A stretch of 64,000 bases of DNA from Candidatus Limnocylindria bacterium (GTDB lineage Bacteria > Chloroflexota > Limnocylindria > P2-11E). The notes under the pieces were generated by a model. The model was not told where the DNA came from. It did not search any database and saw only the letters and a program-made list of their open reading frames with translations. Location of the stretch: the NCBI GenBank assembly GCA_035543375.1, contig DASZZF010000023.1, positions 9,538 through 73,537 on the forward strand, read 5' to 3'. The translations under genes were made by a program, and so were the position numbers. Below, in pieces: positions 16,932 through 30,209 of this stretch (its first letter is position 1; each line of letters begins with the position of its first letter).

Positions 16932-18037
16932 ATGCGCGCCCTCGCGACCTGCCTCGTGCTGCTGCTGACCGCCGCGTGCGCGGCCGCGCCCCGCGTCGCC
17001 ATCCCGGTCCCGACCGCGTCGCCGACGCACGAGCCCGGCACGCTCGCGGTGACCGCGCTGCTCGACCTGTCGGGTACCCGTGCGCCGAAGGGCGAGGCGC
17101 AACGGACCGCGATGCAGGAGGGGGCCGGCCAGCAACGCGCCGGCGGTCCGCTGGTGCGCCTGAAGATCGTCGACGTCGCGGGAAGCGACGCCCGGCTCGT
17201 GCTCGAGCTTCGTCATGCCGCCGAGACGGCAGATGCCGATGCCATCGTCATCGGCACGCCGGCTGTGCTCGACGACGTGCTGGTGAGCGTCATCGGCCTC
17301 GTACGCCGCCCGGTGCTGTTCACCCTGCCATTGGTCGAACCGCCGGGTGTCGCCGCCGACGCCGAAGGCCGGCGCTGGGCTTTCGCCCTCGCTCCCTCCC
17401 TTGAGCAGGCCGCGCGGTCCGCCGTGAGCGCCCTGCCGTCGCGGGCGACGCCCACGCTCATCGTGACCGATGGCTCGCTCCAGGCCGGCCGAGAGCAGGT
17501 TGCCATCGAGGCCGAGCTCACGCGCGACGGCCGGGACCGTCCATTTGTGATGACGGCCGGTGTGGAGCAGCGCGACACGTTCGTCCAACGACTGCGGCCG
17601 ATCGTGTCGACGGGATCCGCGGTCTTCTTCGCCGGGCCGGCCGCCTCGTATCTATCACCCCAGCGACTCGTGCCGCCCGCGGATGCGACGACATCGGTCG
17701 CCACGTTCCTCTCGTACCTCACGGACCCTGCTGACGCGGCGCGTCTTGGCGACGCCGCGCCCGCGGCGCGCTGGCCCGGGCTCCGCGCGGCAGCCGCGAC
17801 AGCCGGGGGTACGCACGCCGCGACGGCGACCGATGCCGTCGCCATCCTCGCAGCCGCGTCGGGCACCGGCATCGAGCCCGAGCGGTTGCGGCAGCGGATC
17901 GAGGGAGGTACGTTCGCCGGTATCGCCACCACCTATGCCTTCGGTCCGTCGAAGCATGCCGGCGCGGATCCGCGCGACCTCGTGCTTCTCGCCTGGGAGG
18001 GCGGCCGCATCACCCTCGCCCGGCCGATCGCCGTCAG

Positions 18038-18041
<4 letters not shown>
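16932..18041 (+). CDS. secreted or lipid-anchored type-I periplasmic binding protein (Leu/Ile/Val-binding-protein-like fold)
   Basis: Signal peptide MRALATCLVLLLTAAC. Alternating beta-alpha pattern typical of PBP type I (VTALLDLSG...KIVDVAGS). Family assignment is weak. No ABC permease or ATPase genes are nearby. Confidence 0.55.
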
Positions 18042-20987
<2,946 letters not shown>

Positions 20988-21021
20988 CGCACGACGAGCG
21001 GCCGACGGGCGGCGCTCGTCG

Positions 21022-21063
21022 TCAGGTAAGAAGAAGCTCGGAAGTGAAGCGATGCAGGACCAC
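21022..21063 (-). CDS. leuA leader peptide (V)VLHRFTSELLLT with three consecutive CTT Leu codons
   Basis: GTG GTC CTG CAT CGC TTC ACT TCC GAG CTT CTT CTT ACC TGA. CTT is a rare-type codon for this GC-rich genome. The stop abuts a 10-bp perfect hairpin (20991-21022), which is followed by the terminator. Confidence 0.55.
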   Translation of the reverse strand: MVLHRFTSELLLT

Positions 21064-21069
21064 GCGGGG

Positions 21070-21075
21070 ATTGTA
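21070..21075 (-). promoter_or_regulatory. candidate -10 hexamer TACAAT for the leuA leader transcript
   Basis: TACAAT ends 6 nt upstream of the leader GTG, which would make the leader essentially leaderless. No convincing -35 element. Confidence 0.3.
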
Positions 21076-21101
21076 TCTCGCCGCCTAGACTGACCACCAG
21101 G

Positions 21102-23144
21102 GTGACCACCCATCGCATCGAGCCCGCACGACCGCTTCGGGGCCTGACCGTCGCGGACATCGAAGCCCGCGCGCCGCGCGTCGAGCGGGCCGAGGGTGCA
21201 GCCTTGATCCGCGGCCGGGCGCTCATCTTCTGGGACCGCTCGGGCCGTCGCCCGGGCAGGAAGCTCGACGCGATCGACACCGATCAGATCACGCCGGCGA
21301 AGGACTGCGTCTCCGAGAGCCTGGAGACGCTAGACGCGAAGTGGAAGGAAGGCGCCTTCCGCTACCTCATGCCCAACTTCCGCGCGCGTGTGCACGCCGG
21401 CGAGACGTTCGTCGTCGCCGGAGACCGCTTCGCGATCGGCAGCTCGCGCGAAATGAGCCCGGCCGGGCTCAAGGCGATCGCTGAAGAGGTCGATAGAGAG
21501 CTGGTCGTCGTCTGCGGCAACAACATGGGAGACATCTTCCGCCGCAACGCATTCAACCTCGGTCTGCAGGTGGTGCAATCGCCCGATGCGGTCGAGGACG
21601 CGCACGACGACGACGAGCTGAGCTTCGACCCCGTCACGCGCCGCCTGACGAACGAAACGCGGGCCAAGACCTACCAACCGCTGCCCCTGACGGCCAAAGA
21701 GGATGAGATCCGCCGGGCGGGCGGCATCTTCGCGATCGGGCGACGCGAGTTTGTCGATTCAGTGAGGCGCGCGCCGCACGTCGTCTGGCCCGACGACGAC
21801 ACGGCGTCCGGGATGACGACGACGGAACGGATCGTCTGGGCCCATCGGGTGGATGCGGATGTCGACGCGAAGCCGGGCGCGACACTCCGCGTATACGCCG
21901 ACCTGCTGCCCGCATCAGATGGCACCGCGCCGTTCTCGATCTTCACGTTCGACCAGATCACCGGTGGCGACACGATCCAGCCACGACAGGCCGCGGTCGC
22001 GAACGACCACTTCGTGTTCACCCGGAAGGCAGCCGACGACAAGCAGACCGCGATCGGCAAGGCCTTCGCCGAGCGCTACGGCATCGAGCGGCCGTACTAC
22101 GCGACGCCGGGCGACGGGATCTTCCATTTCTATTTCCCGGAGCAGGGCCTGATCTACCCGGGGCAGTTCATCGCCGGCGCGGACTCACACTCGCGCGCGT
22201 ACGGCGCGTACGGGGCGGTCGGCATCGGCGTCGGATCGACCACGCTCGGGTTCGGCTGGGCGACCGGCTACGTGTTCACGACGCTCGCGAAGGCGCGGCG
22301 CGTCGTCTTCACCGGCGCCTTGCAGCCCTGGGTGAGCGGTAAGGACATCGTGCTCAAGCTGCTCGAGCGCTGGGGCACGGCCCAGTCGCAGGCGATGTCC
22401 GTCGAGTTCGTGGACGCGGATCGGCAGCTGCCGATCGCGTACCGGAACACGATCGCGAACATGATGGCCGAGGCCGAAGCGCAGAATGGCATCTTCGCCG
22501 CCGACGAGCTCACCGCGGCGTGGTATCGCGAAAAGTCGATCGCGCTCCCCTACCCGCTGGTGACGCCCGGCCGCGACGCGCACTACGAGATCGACGAGAC
22601 GCTCGATCTCTCGGACGTGGTGCCGATGATCGCGAAGCCGTTCAGCCCCGGCAACGCGTTTGCCGCGGAGGCCGTCGCGACCGAGCACCTCACCTTCGAT
22701 AAGGCGTACATCGGCTCGTGCACGAACGGCAGCTACGCCGACCTGCTCCAGGCGGCGCTCGTCGTGCGTGACGCGCGCGACGGCGGCCACCGGCGGGCAG
22801 CGACCGACTTCGTCATCTTCCCCGGTTCGGGCGGCGTGAAGGACGCGATCGAGCAGCCGGAGCCGAGACTGGGGGGCGAGTCGATCGCGGACGTGCTCCG
22901 TTCGGTGGGCGCGGAGATCCGGATGAGCTGGTGCGGCCCGTGCTTCGGGCAGGGACCGGATGCCCTCGAGGCGGGCGAACGCGCGATCACATCCTTCAAC
23001 CGAAACTGGCAGAATCGGATGGGCGTCGGTGGCGAGGGCTACCTCGCGAGCCCGGCGGTCGTGGCGTCATCAGCACTGCTCGGCTACATGGCGCCGCCGA
23101 GCGAGCTGAAGCTCCGCTGGGATCCCGGACGCCATGGGCTCTAG
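21102..23144 (+). CDS. aconitase-family protein with N-terminal swivel (LeuD-like) domain fused to LeuC-like catalytic domains
   Basis: Residues ~50-215 are LeuD-like (IDTDQITPA, VVAGDRFAIGSSRE, MGDIFRRNAFNLGL). Residues ~235-680 are LeuC-like (GIFHFYFPEQG, GADSHS, IGSCTNG, WCGPCFG). The three Fe-S cysteines are present. Confidence 0.8.
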   Translation: MTTHRIEPARPLRGLTVADIEARAPRVERAEGAALIRGRALIFWDRSGRRPGRKLDAIDTDQITPAKDCVSESLETLDAKWKEGAFRYLMPNFRARVHAGETFVVAGDRFAIGSSREMSPAGLKAIAEEVDRELVVVCGNNMGDIFRRNAFNLGLQVVQSPDAVEDAHDDDELSFDPVTRRLTNETRAKTYQPLPLTAKEDEIRRAGGIFAIGRREFVDSVRRAPHVVWPDDDTASGMTTTERIVWAHRVDADVDAKPGATLRVYADLLPASDGTAPFSIFTFDQITGGDTIQPRQAAVANDHFVFTRKAADDKQTAIGKAFAERYGIERPYYATPGDGIFHFYFPEQGLIYPGQFIAGADSHSRAYGAYGAVGIGVGSTTLGFGWATGYVFTTLAKARRVVFTGALQPWVSGKDIVLKLLERWGTAQSQAMSVEFVDADRQLPIAYRNTIANMMAEAEAQNGIFAADELTAAWYREKSIALPYPLVTPGRDAHYEIDETLDLSDVVPMIAKPFSPGNAFAAEAVATEHLTFDKAYIGSCTNGSYADLLQAALVVRDARDGGHRRAATDFVIFPGSGGVKDAIEQPEPRLGGESIADVLRSVGAEIRMSWCGPCFGQGPDALEAGERAITSFNRNWQNRMGVGGEGYLASPAVVASSALLGYMAPPSELKLRWDPGRHGL

Positions 23145-23454
23145 GTTCGGCGACGGTGCGCCCGCGCCAGGCGCATCAGCCTCGTTCTCGCCGATACCGC
23201 GGATCATCGTCAACACCACGGTGCCGGCCGCGAGCGCGCCCGTTGCGACGACCCCGGCTCCGACCAACACCGCCGCGCCGGCCTCAACAGCGCCACCGCG
23301 GACGGCGGTGCGGACGCCGAGCCCGAGCCGTGAGGGTCCGAAGATCGGGCGAATTCTGCTAGAGCTTGCCCTGCGGGACGGTGTTGCTGACCATTTGTCG
23401 GCTGGACCGCGCGTGCGCTACGCGCACGGTCACCGAGCGAGGAGGTCGGCGTCA

Positions 23455-23892
23455 ATGGAGAGCGAGACGCAGAAGCTGATCCCGCTGCTCATCTACGAGG
23501 ACATCGCAGCAGTGCAACGATTCTTGGTGCGCGCGTTCGGCTTCGAGGAGGGCATCCTCCAGCGCGACCCCGAAGGGCGCATCGCCCACGGTGAGGTCTG
23601 GGCCGATGGAAGGGTCATCTGGCTTCACCGATCGACGGGCGAGCACGGCCTCACGTCGCCGAAGCGTCTGGCGGCCGTCAGCAGCGGCCTGGTCGTGCTC
23701 GTGCCGGACGTGGACGACCATTTCCGGCACGCCCGCGACGCGGGAGCAGCGATCGAGCGCGAGCCTGCTGACCAACCCTATGGGCAGCGCGAATACTCGG
23801 CCCGCGACCCCGAAGGCGGTCGGTGGTACTTCGCCACCCGCACGGGGCCGCTCCGCTCGGAAGCGGAGATGACGCGGCCGTCTGCGCCGTAA
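23455..23892 (+). CDS. VOC (glyoxalase/bleomycin-resistance) family protein
   Basis: 145 aa, LIPLLIYEDIAAVQRFLVRAFGF...HGEV......IWL...YGQREYSARDPEG..W.F. GAGGAGG SD lies upstream of ATG 23455. The Pro/Thr/Ala-rich extension in the track ORF is rejected. Confidence 0.8.
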   Translation: MESETQKLIPLLIYEDIAAVQRFLVRAFGFEEGILQRDPEGRIAHGEVWADGRVIWLHRSTGEHGLTSPKRLAAVSSGLVVLVPDVDDHFRHARDAGAAIEREPADQPYGQREYSARDPEGGRWYFATRTGPLRSEAEMTRPSAP

Positions 23893-23914
23893 GTTTCCGA
23901 GGGCCGCGCAAAGG

Positions 23915-24838
23915 CTAGAGCGCGCGCAGCTCCCGCGCGAGCGGCGCGAACGGCTCCATGACCTTCTCCGGGATGGCGTAGTACGTGATCCCGAGCCGAT
24001 CGCGTCGCGCAAGCAGCTGGCGGCGCAGGTCGCCGAGCGCGCCATAGAGGAAGTACGGCGAATCGACGACCTGCGTGATTGCGGCCTTCATCCGCGTCGC
24101 GGCGGCGTCGAGGAACGTACGCGGCTCGTCGGTCACGCCCGCGTCGAACACGATCGCGTTGAGCTCGAGCGCGGCGAATCGCGTTCCGGCGGCGGTCCGC
24201 AGACGCGCGATCTTTCGCTCGGTCGCACCGGTGGTCAGGTCCGCGACCTTCGGCTGGCCGTCCGCGTTGACCTGCGGCGCGAGGGCGACGATGTCCGCGT
24301 GCCGCGCCGCGAAGGCCAACATGCGCGGGCCGCCGCCCCCGATCATGACCGGCGGTCGCGGACGCTGGAGCGGCCGCGGTCGGAGCTTCGCGCCGCGCAC
24401 CGGGTAGTGAGCGCCGCCACTGTCCACGGTGTCCTCGGTGAACAGACGATCGATGAGACGGGCGGCCTCGATCAGACGATCGACACGCCTTGCCGGCGGG
24501 TCGTACGGGATGCCGAGCATCTCGTAGTCGCGCGTCGCCCAGCCGGCGCCGAGCCCGAACTCGACGCGTCCGCCGGACAGAACGTCGAGCGTGGCGATCT
24601 CCTTCGCCAGCATCACCGGATTGCGGTAGTCGTTCGCGAAGACGAAGCTTCCGGCCCGCAGCGTGGTCGTGGCGTCCAGCGCGGCCATGAGCGCCGGGAC
24701 CGGCGCCAGCTGCGGCGAGAGGTGGTCCGGCATGAGCAGCACCTGGTAGCCGAGCTCCTCGATCCGCCGGGCCTTCGCCCGCCACTCGGCTGCCGAGTCG
24801 GCGCGGGTCGCCATGACCGCGAAACGGAAGCTCCGCAC
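23915..24838 (-). CDS. LLM-class (luciferase-like) F420-dependent oxidoreductase
   Basis: RSFRFAVMA...LGYQVLLMPDHL...GRVEFGLGAGW...; start at GTG 24838 (ATG 24814 is an alternative). Confidence 0.8.
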   Translation of the reverse strand: MRSFRFAVMATRADSAAEWRAKARRIEELGYQVLLMPDHLSPQLAPVPALMAALDATTTLRAGSFVFANDYRNPVMLAKEIATLDVLSGGRVEFGLGAGWATRDYEMLGIPYDPPARRVDRLIEAARLIDRLFTEDTVDSGGAHYPVRGAKLRPRPLQRPRPPVMIGGGGPRMLAFAARHADIVALAPQVNADGQPKVADLTTGATERKIARLRTAAGTRFAALELNAIVFDAGVTDEPRTFLDAAATRMKAAITQVVDSPYFLYGALGDLRRQLLARRDRLGITYYAIPEKVMEPFAPLARELRAL

Positions 24839-24861
24839 GGATGGGACAATGCGCCCATCCG

Positions 24862-25755
24862 ATGAGGACTGCACGGGAGGCCGCGACGCGTCTCGGCCGG
24901 GTCGGGGTGTGGAGCTCCGCGCCCGAGCGGATGACCGCGCGCGACGCCGGTCGCTTCGCCGCCGAGCTTGAGTCGCTCGGCTATCCCGCGCTCTGGCTCC
25001 AGGAGTCACTCGGCAGCAAGGAGATCTTCGCGCACAGCGCGCTGCTGCTCGGCGCCACGAAGACGCTCGTCATCGCGACTGGCATCGCGAACATCTGGGC
25101 CCGCGATCCGGTGGCCATGGCGAACGGCGCGAAAACGCTCATCGAGGCGTATCCGGATCGCTTCTTGCTCGGGGTCGGCGTGAGCCACGCGCCGAGCGTG
25201 GCCGCGCGCGGCGGCATCTATCAGAAGCCGCTCGAGCACATGCGCACCTACCTCGAGGCGATGGACAAGGCGCCGTTCGTCGGTCCGAATCGCGACGCGC
25301 CGCCGGCGCCGCGCGTCCTGGCCGCCCTCGGCCCGCAGATGCTGAAGCTCTCCGCCGAGCGCGCGCTGGGCGCGCATCCCTACTTCGTCCCCGTCGAACA
25401 CACCCTTGTCGCCCGCACGGCCCTCGGGCCTGACGCGCTCCTCGCGGTGGAGCAGGCGGTCGTGGTCGAGTCCGATCCGGAGAAGGCCCGCACTGCCGGA
25501 CGCCGACACACGAAGTACTACCTGGCGCTCGACAACTACTCGAACAACCTGCGGCGCCTGGGGTGGAGCGACGCGGACCTCGCGAACGGCGGGAGCGACA
25601 AGCTCGTCGACGCCATCGTGGCGTGGGGCGAGCCGGCCGCCATCCGGGAGCGCGTCGCCGCGCATCACGCCGCCGGCGCCGATCACGTCTGCGTCCAGCC
25701 CGTTGGCGACGACCCGATCGGCCAACTGCGCGTGCTCGCGAAGGAGCTGCTCTAG
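24862..25755 (+). CDS. LLM-class F420-dependent oxidoreductase
   Basis: LGRVGVWS...ELESLGYPALWLQES...FLLGVGVSH. Start at ATG 24862 (MRTAREAATRLG). Confidence 0.8.
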   Translation: MRTAREAATRLGRVGVWSSAPERMTARDAGRFAAELESLGYPALWLQESLGSKEIFAHSALLLGATKTLVIATGIANIWARDPVAMANGAKTLIEAYPDRFLLGVGVSHAPSVAARGGIYQKPLEHMRTYLEAMDKAPFVGPNRDAPPAPRVLAALGPQMLKLSAERALGAHPYFVPVEHTLVARTALGPDALLAVEQAVVVESDPEKARTAGRRHTKYYLALDNYSNNLRRLGWSDADLANGGSDKLVDAIVAWGEPAAIRERVAAHHAAGADHVCVQPVGDDPIGQLRVLAKELL

Positions 25756-26351
25756 TCCGTCCGCAGGCGCGGGAGCCAGTCGGGGCGCGTCGCCTCGAAC
25801 GCGGCGATGCCGCCCTCGTGACGGAGGCTCACGCCGATCTCATCCAGTCCCTCGAGGTACCGCGTGCGTGAGGCGTCATCGAGCGGGAATGGGGCGCGAT
25901 AGCCGAGCGCCCCAACGCGGACCTCACGCGCCTCTACGTCGACGGTCAGCTCGACGGTCGCATCGGCCGCCACCGCCGTGAGGATCCGCGCGACGTCGGC
26001 CTCCGGCAGCTCCGCGGTCACGAGGCCGGTGGCCCGGCAGTTCGTGCGGAAGATGTCGGCGAAGCTCGGGGCGATGATCGCGCGGAACCCGTGATCCTCG
26101 AGCGCCCAGGCGGCGTGCTCGCGCGAGCTGCCACAGCCGAAGTTCGCACCGGCGACGAGGATCGACGCTCCCTTGAAGCGCGCGTCATTCAGCACGAACG
26201 CCGGGTCCGCGCGCCAGGCCTCGAACAGCCCGGCCCCGTACCCGGTGCGCTCGACGCGCTTCAACCAATCGCTCGAGATGATCTGGTCGGTGTCGACGTC
26301 GCGGCGATCGAGCGGGAGCGCGCGTCCGGTCACGCGGGTCACGGACTTCAT
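25752..26351 (-). CDS. leuD: 3-isopropylmalate dehydratase small subunit
   Basis: [14 protein letters not shown]...[21 protein letters not shown]...SFADIF..N. ATGA overlap with leuC. The track ORF (to 26996) is trimmed. Confidence 0.9.
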   Translation of the reverse strand: MKSVTRVTGRALPLDRRDVDTDQIISSDWLKRVERTGYGAGLFEAWRADPAFVLNDARFKGASILVAGANFGCGSSREHAAWALEDHGFRAIIAPSFADIFRTNCRATGLVTAELPEADVARILTAVAADATVELTVDVEAREVRVGALGYRAPFPLDDASRTRYLEGLDEIGVSLRHEGGIAAFEATRPDWLPRLRTD

Positions 26352-27763
26352 CGCGCGTCGGGGAGGTCGGCTGGCGCGGCGATGTGGCCAGCGACCGCGG
26401 TCGCGGCAGCGACCGCCGGCGACACAAGATGCGTCCGCGCGCCCGGACCCTGACGACCCTCGAAGTTCCGGTTGGAGGTCGAGGCGACCCGCACGCCCGG
26501 CCCAGCGACGTCGTCGTTCATGCCGAGACACATCGAGCAGCCGGCGCTCCGCCACTCGAAGCCGGCGTCCAAGAACACGCGATCGAGACCCTCCTCCTCG
26601 GCCTGGGCGCGCACGGCCATCGAGCCGGGCACCGCGAGCGCGCGGACGCCGCGGCGTACCTTGCGGCCGCGCAGCACCGTCGCCGCTGCCCGGAGGTCCT
26701 CGATCCGGCCGTTCGTGCACGAGCCGAGGAACACCGCGTCGACGGCGATGTCGCGCATCGCCATGCCGGCGCGGAGATCCATGTACGCGAGCGCGCGCCG
26801 GGCGCTCTCGCGCGCCGCGTCGTCGCCTAGGCCGTCGGGATCCGGGATGCGGTCGCCGATCCCCACGGCCTGCGCCGGGTTCGTTCCCCAGGTCACATAG
26901 GGCGTGAGCGTCGTCGCATCGATGCGCACCTCCCGGTCGAACCGCGCACCGGCGTCGGTTGGCAACGCGCGCCAGTGGTCGAGCGCCCGCCCCCACGCGG
27001 CGCCGGATGGCGCGTGTGGGCGGCCCTCGAGGTAGCTGAACGTCGTGTCGTCAGGCGCGATGAGGCCGGCGCGTGCGCCCGCCTCGATGGACATGTTGCA
27101 GACGGTCATGCGTCCTTCCATGGAGAGCGCGCGGATCGCGTCGCCACGGTATTCGACGACGCTCCCGATGCCGCCGCTCACGCCGATGCGGGCGATGATC
27201 CCGAGGATGAGATCCTTCGCGCTGACGTCCGCCCGCGGCGCCCCGTCGAGCGTGATGGCCATGGTCTTCGGCCGCGGCCGGGCGATCGTCTGAGTCGCGA
27301 GGACGTGCTCGACCTCGCTCGTACCGATGCCGAAGGCGATGGCCCCGAACGCGCCGTGTGTCGCGGTGTGGCTGTCACCGCAGACGATCACCATTCCCGG
27401 CGCGGTGAGGCCGAGCTGCGGCCCGATGACATGCACGATCCCCTGCCGCGCATCGCCGGTCGGGTAGAGGCGGATCCCGAACTCCGCGCAGTTCGTCCGG
27501 AGCGCCTCGACCTGCCTGGCGGAGACCGGATCGGAGATCGCCGCGCCCGCGATCGTCGGAATGTTGTGGTCCATCGTCGCCAGCGTGAGATCCGGCCGGC
27601 GTACCCGCCGACCGGCCAGGCGCAGGCCTTCGAACGCCTGCGGCGAGGTCACTTCGTGGACGAGGTGCATATCGACGTACAAGAGGTCGGGCTCGCCGTC
27701 ACCGCGGTGGACGACGTGCTGCTCCCAGACCTTCTCGGCGAGGGTGCTTGGCGCGGCGGTCAC
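26348..27763 (-). CDS. leuC: 3-isopropylmalate dehydratase large subunit
   Basis: [12 protein letters not shown]...[20 protein letters not shown]...CGDSHT...GSCTNGR...CSMCLGMN. Confidence 0.92.
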   Translation of the reverse strand: MTAAPSTLAEKVWEQHVVHRGDGEPDLLYVDMHLVHEVTSPQAFEGLRLAGRRVRRPDLTLATMDHNIPTIAGAAISDPVSARQVEALRTNCAEFGIRLYPTGDARQGIVHVIGPQLGLTAPGMVIVCGDSHTATHGAFGAIAFGIGTSEVEHVLATQTIARPRPKTMAITLDGAPRADVSAKDLILGIIARIGVSGGIGSVVEYRGDAIRALSMEGRMTVCNMSIEAGARAGLIAPDDTTFSYLEGRPHAPSGAAWGRALDHWRALPTDAGARFDREVRIDATTLTPYVTWGTNPAQAVGIGDRIPDPDGLGDDAARESARRALAYMDLRAGMAMRDIAVDAVFLGSCTNGRIEDLRAAATVLRGRKVRRGVRALAVPGSMAVRAQAEEEGLDRVFLDAGFEWRSAGCSMCLGMNDDVAGPGVRVASTSNRNFEGRQGPGARTHLVSPAVAAATAVAGHIAAPADLPDAR

Positions 27764-29001
27764 TGCGCCGGTCGAAGGTCGAGGATCTCTTCCGCCGGGA
27801 AGCCCGAGCGACGGACGAGCGCGAGCACGTCCTGCGCGTGCGCCGCATCGCGCGTGTCCACGATGACGTCGAGGCCGACGCGCCCGAGCGTCGTATATGG
27901 GCCAAGCCGGTGGATGCCGACATGCAAGATGTTGATGTGCTCGTCGCCGAGGATCCCGGTGAGGAGATGCAGCTGATTGGGCTTGTCGTCGAGCCAGGTC
28001 CGGAACGCGAGGTACCGGCCCGCGCTCGCCAGACCCTGCTGTACGACCTTGCCGAGCAGATTCGGGTCGATGTTCCCGCCGCTGACGATCACGCCGACCC
28101 GCTTGCCCGCGAGCGCTCCGTTGTCCTCGAGGAGCGCGGCGACGCCGGCGGCGCCCGCGGCCTCGGCGAGCAGCTTGTGCCGCTCCAGGAGCACGACGAT
28201 GGCGCGCGCGATGGCCTCGTCGGTGACCACTCGCATGCTCGCGCCACGCGCGCGGGAGATCGCGAGCGTGCGGACCGCAGGCTCGCGGACGGCGATGCCG
28301 TCAGCGATCGTCGCCGATCCGCCGGGTGCGATCGTGCCGGTCCGGATCGCGTCGGCAAATGCGCTCGCCCCGCTCGCCTGCACGCCGATCAGCTCCGCGC
28401 GCGAGCCCGCTTCCGCGAGGGCAAGCGCCGTCCCCGCGAGCAACCCGCCGCCCCCCACGGGTACGACGATCGCATCGAGGTCCGGCCGGTCCTCGAGCAT
28501 CTCGCGCGCGACGGTGCCCTGGCCCGCGATCACCGCGGGATCGTCGAACGCGTGAACGTACAGCGCACCGCGCCGGCCGCCGATCTCGAGCGCCGCCGCG
28601 TGCGCCGCGTCGTAGTCGGCACCGGTGATGACCACTTCCGCGCCGGTGCGCTGGATCGCCGTGAGTTTCGCGAGCGGCACACCGCGCGGCAGGACGATGC
28701 AGGCCGGGATCCCGAGCGCGCTCGCGGCGACCGCGACCCCCTGCCCATGATTGCCGGCCGACGCCGTGACGACCCCGCGCGCGCGCTCGTCCGCGTCGAG
28801 CGCGAGCAACCGGTTCAACGCGCCGCGGATCTTGAACGCGCCGGTCCGTTGCAGGTTCTCCAGCTTCAGGTGCACCTCGCAACCGGTGAGCGCCGAGAGC
28901 TCCGCCGACGCAAGGAGCGGTGTGCGTTCGACCCGGCCCGCGAGCGCCGCCGCGGCGCCGCGAACGGTCGTGTGGGCCGCGGCCGGCGGGGCGATCCTCA
29001 T
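27760..29001 (-). CDS. ilvA: threonine ammonia-lyase (threonine dehydratase) with C-terminal ACT-like domain
   Basis: [17 protein letters not shown] (PLP lysine), [19 protein letters not shown], and a C-terminal regulatory domain. ATGA and GTGA overlaps with both neighbours. Confidence 0.88.
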   Translation of the reverse strand: MRIAPPAAAHTTVRGAAAALAGRVERTPLLASAELSALTGCEVHLKLENLQRTGAFKIRGALNRLLALDADERARGVVTASAGNHGQGVAVAASALGIPACIVLPRGVPLAKLTAIQRTGAEVVITGADYDAAHAAALEIGGRRGALYVHAFDDPAVIAGQGTVAREMLEDRPDLDAIVVPVGGGGLLAGTALALAEAGSRAELIGVQASGASAFADAIRTGTIAPGGSATIADGIAVREPAVRTLAISRARGASMRVVTDEAIARAIVVLLERHKLLAEAAGAAGVAALLEDNGALAGKRVGVIVSGGNIDPNLLGKVVQQGLASAGRYLAFRTWLDDKPNQLHLLTGILGDEHINILHVGIHRLGPYTTLGRVGLDVIVDTRDAAHAQDVLALVRRSGFPAEEILDLRPAQ

Positions 29002-30209
29002 GACGCGAGCACCCGGTCGTACGCTCGGCGCAGCCGGCAGACGCCTTCGGCGATGCGCTCGGGCTGCGGCCAGCTGTACGAGAAGCGGAGGGCGCTCGAG
29101 TGGTCGCGCGTGACGGCGAACGCGTCGCCCGGCACAAATGCGACGCCCTCCTCGAGCGCCAGATCGAGCAGCCGCCGTGCGGATACGCCCTCCGGCAGCG
29201 TGACCCAGAGGTAGAAGCCGCCCTCGGGATCGTTCCAGTGGACGGCGGTCCCGTCGAACGCCCGAGCGAGCGCGCTGCGCGCCCGCGCCTGCTTCTCCGC
29301 GTAAAGGGCGCGCAACGCGTCCACATGCGTCTGGACCGGGTCGCGGTGGAACTCGACGGCAAGCCGCTGTGAGAACGTCGAGGTGCAGGAATCCATCGTC
29401 TGCTTCGCGGCGGCCATCCGGCTCACCGTCGCGCGATCGGCGATGGCCCAGCCGAGGCGCAGACCGGGCAAGAACGTTTTCGAGAACGTGCCCACGCTGA
29501 CGATGCCGGTGTTGACGGCGAGCGTCGCGAGATCCGGGATCGTCTCGCCGCGGAAGCGCAGCGCGCCGTACGGGTCATCATCGAGGACGAGCGCTCCGTA
29601 GCCGGCCGCGAGCGCCAGGAGCTGCTCGCGCCGCTCGTACGACAGCGTCGCGCCCGTCGGGTTCTGGAAGTTGGGCACGACGAAGAACAGCCGCGGTCGG
29701 GCTCCGGCGGCGCGAATGAGCCGCTCGGCTTCGCGGACGTCCAGGCCGTCGTCGTCGATCGGAACCTCGAGAATCCGCGCGCCGTGGTTCCGCAACGCGG
29801 ACAGGGCGTTCGCGAACGCCGGCGACTCGACGACGACGAGGTCGCCGGGCCGGATGAAGACCCGGCAGGCGAGATCGATCGCCTGCAGCGCGCCGGCCGT
29901 CACGATCACGTCCTCCGCGCTGACGCGCGCGCCGCGTGCCCGCGCGGACACCGCGATGATCTCGCGCAGCTCCCCATCGCCCTCGGTCACGCCGTAGCCG
30001 AGCGCGTGATGGCCGTCGCGAGCGAGCACGCGCTCGACGAGGCCGGCGATGCCGACGAGACCGAGCGCCTCGGGGGCTGGCGCGCCGACAGCGAACGAGA
30101 TGGTCGAGGCGGGAGCGTTCGCCAGGATGCCGATCGTCTCGTCGATGAACGAGCCATGCACCTCACGCGTGGTGATCCGGCCGAGCGCGGTCGGCTGCGC
30201 GACGATCAT
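28998..30209 (-). CDS. fold-type I (class I/II) PLP-dependent aminotransferase
   Basis: [10 protein letters not shown]...LDDDPYG...[14 protein letters not shown] (PLP Lys in the SxSK context). ATGA overlaps to ilvD and ilvA. The track ORF (to 31730) is trimmed. Confidence 0.85.
   Translation of the reverse strand: MIVAQPTALGRITTREVHGSFIDETIGILANAPASTISFAVGAPAPEALGLVGIAGLVERVLARDGHHALGYGVTEGDGELREIIAVSARARGARVSAEDVIVTAGALQAIDLACRVFIRPGDLVVVESPAFANALSALRNHGARILEVPIDDDGLDVREAERLIRAAGARPRLFFVVPNFQNPTGATLSYERREQLLALAAGYGALVLDDDPYGALRFRGETIPDLATLAVNTGIVSVGTFSKTFLPGLRLGWAIADRATVSRMAAAKQTMDSCTSTFSQRLAVEFHRDPVQTHVDALRALYAEKQARARSALARAFDGTAVHWNDPEGGFYLWVTLPEGVSARRLLDLALEEGVAFVPGDAFAVTRDHSSALRFSYSWPQPERIAEGVCRLRRAYDRVLAS

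Noticed and set aside
23145-23454. A 310-nt apparently non-coding spacer between the aconitase-like gene and the VOC gene. It includes a Pro/Thr/Ala-rich in-frame extension of the VOC ORF (23134..) and a minus-strand ORF (23070..23270) with a hydrophobic stretch.
   Set aside because: The plus-strand extension is low-complexity, and the VOC gene has its own strong SD and ATG at 23455. The minus-strand ORF has poor third-position GC, no SD, and overlaps the aconitase 3' end. I found only a small 7-bp hairpin (CGTGCGC-TAC-GCGCACG) and no recognisable riboswitch. The region remains unexplained but has no supportable feature.
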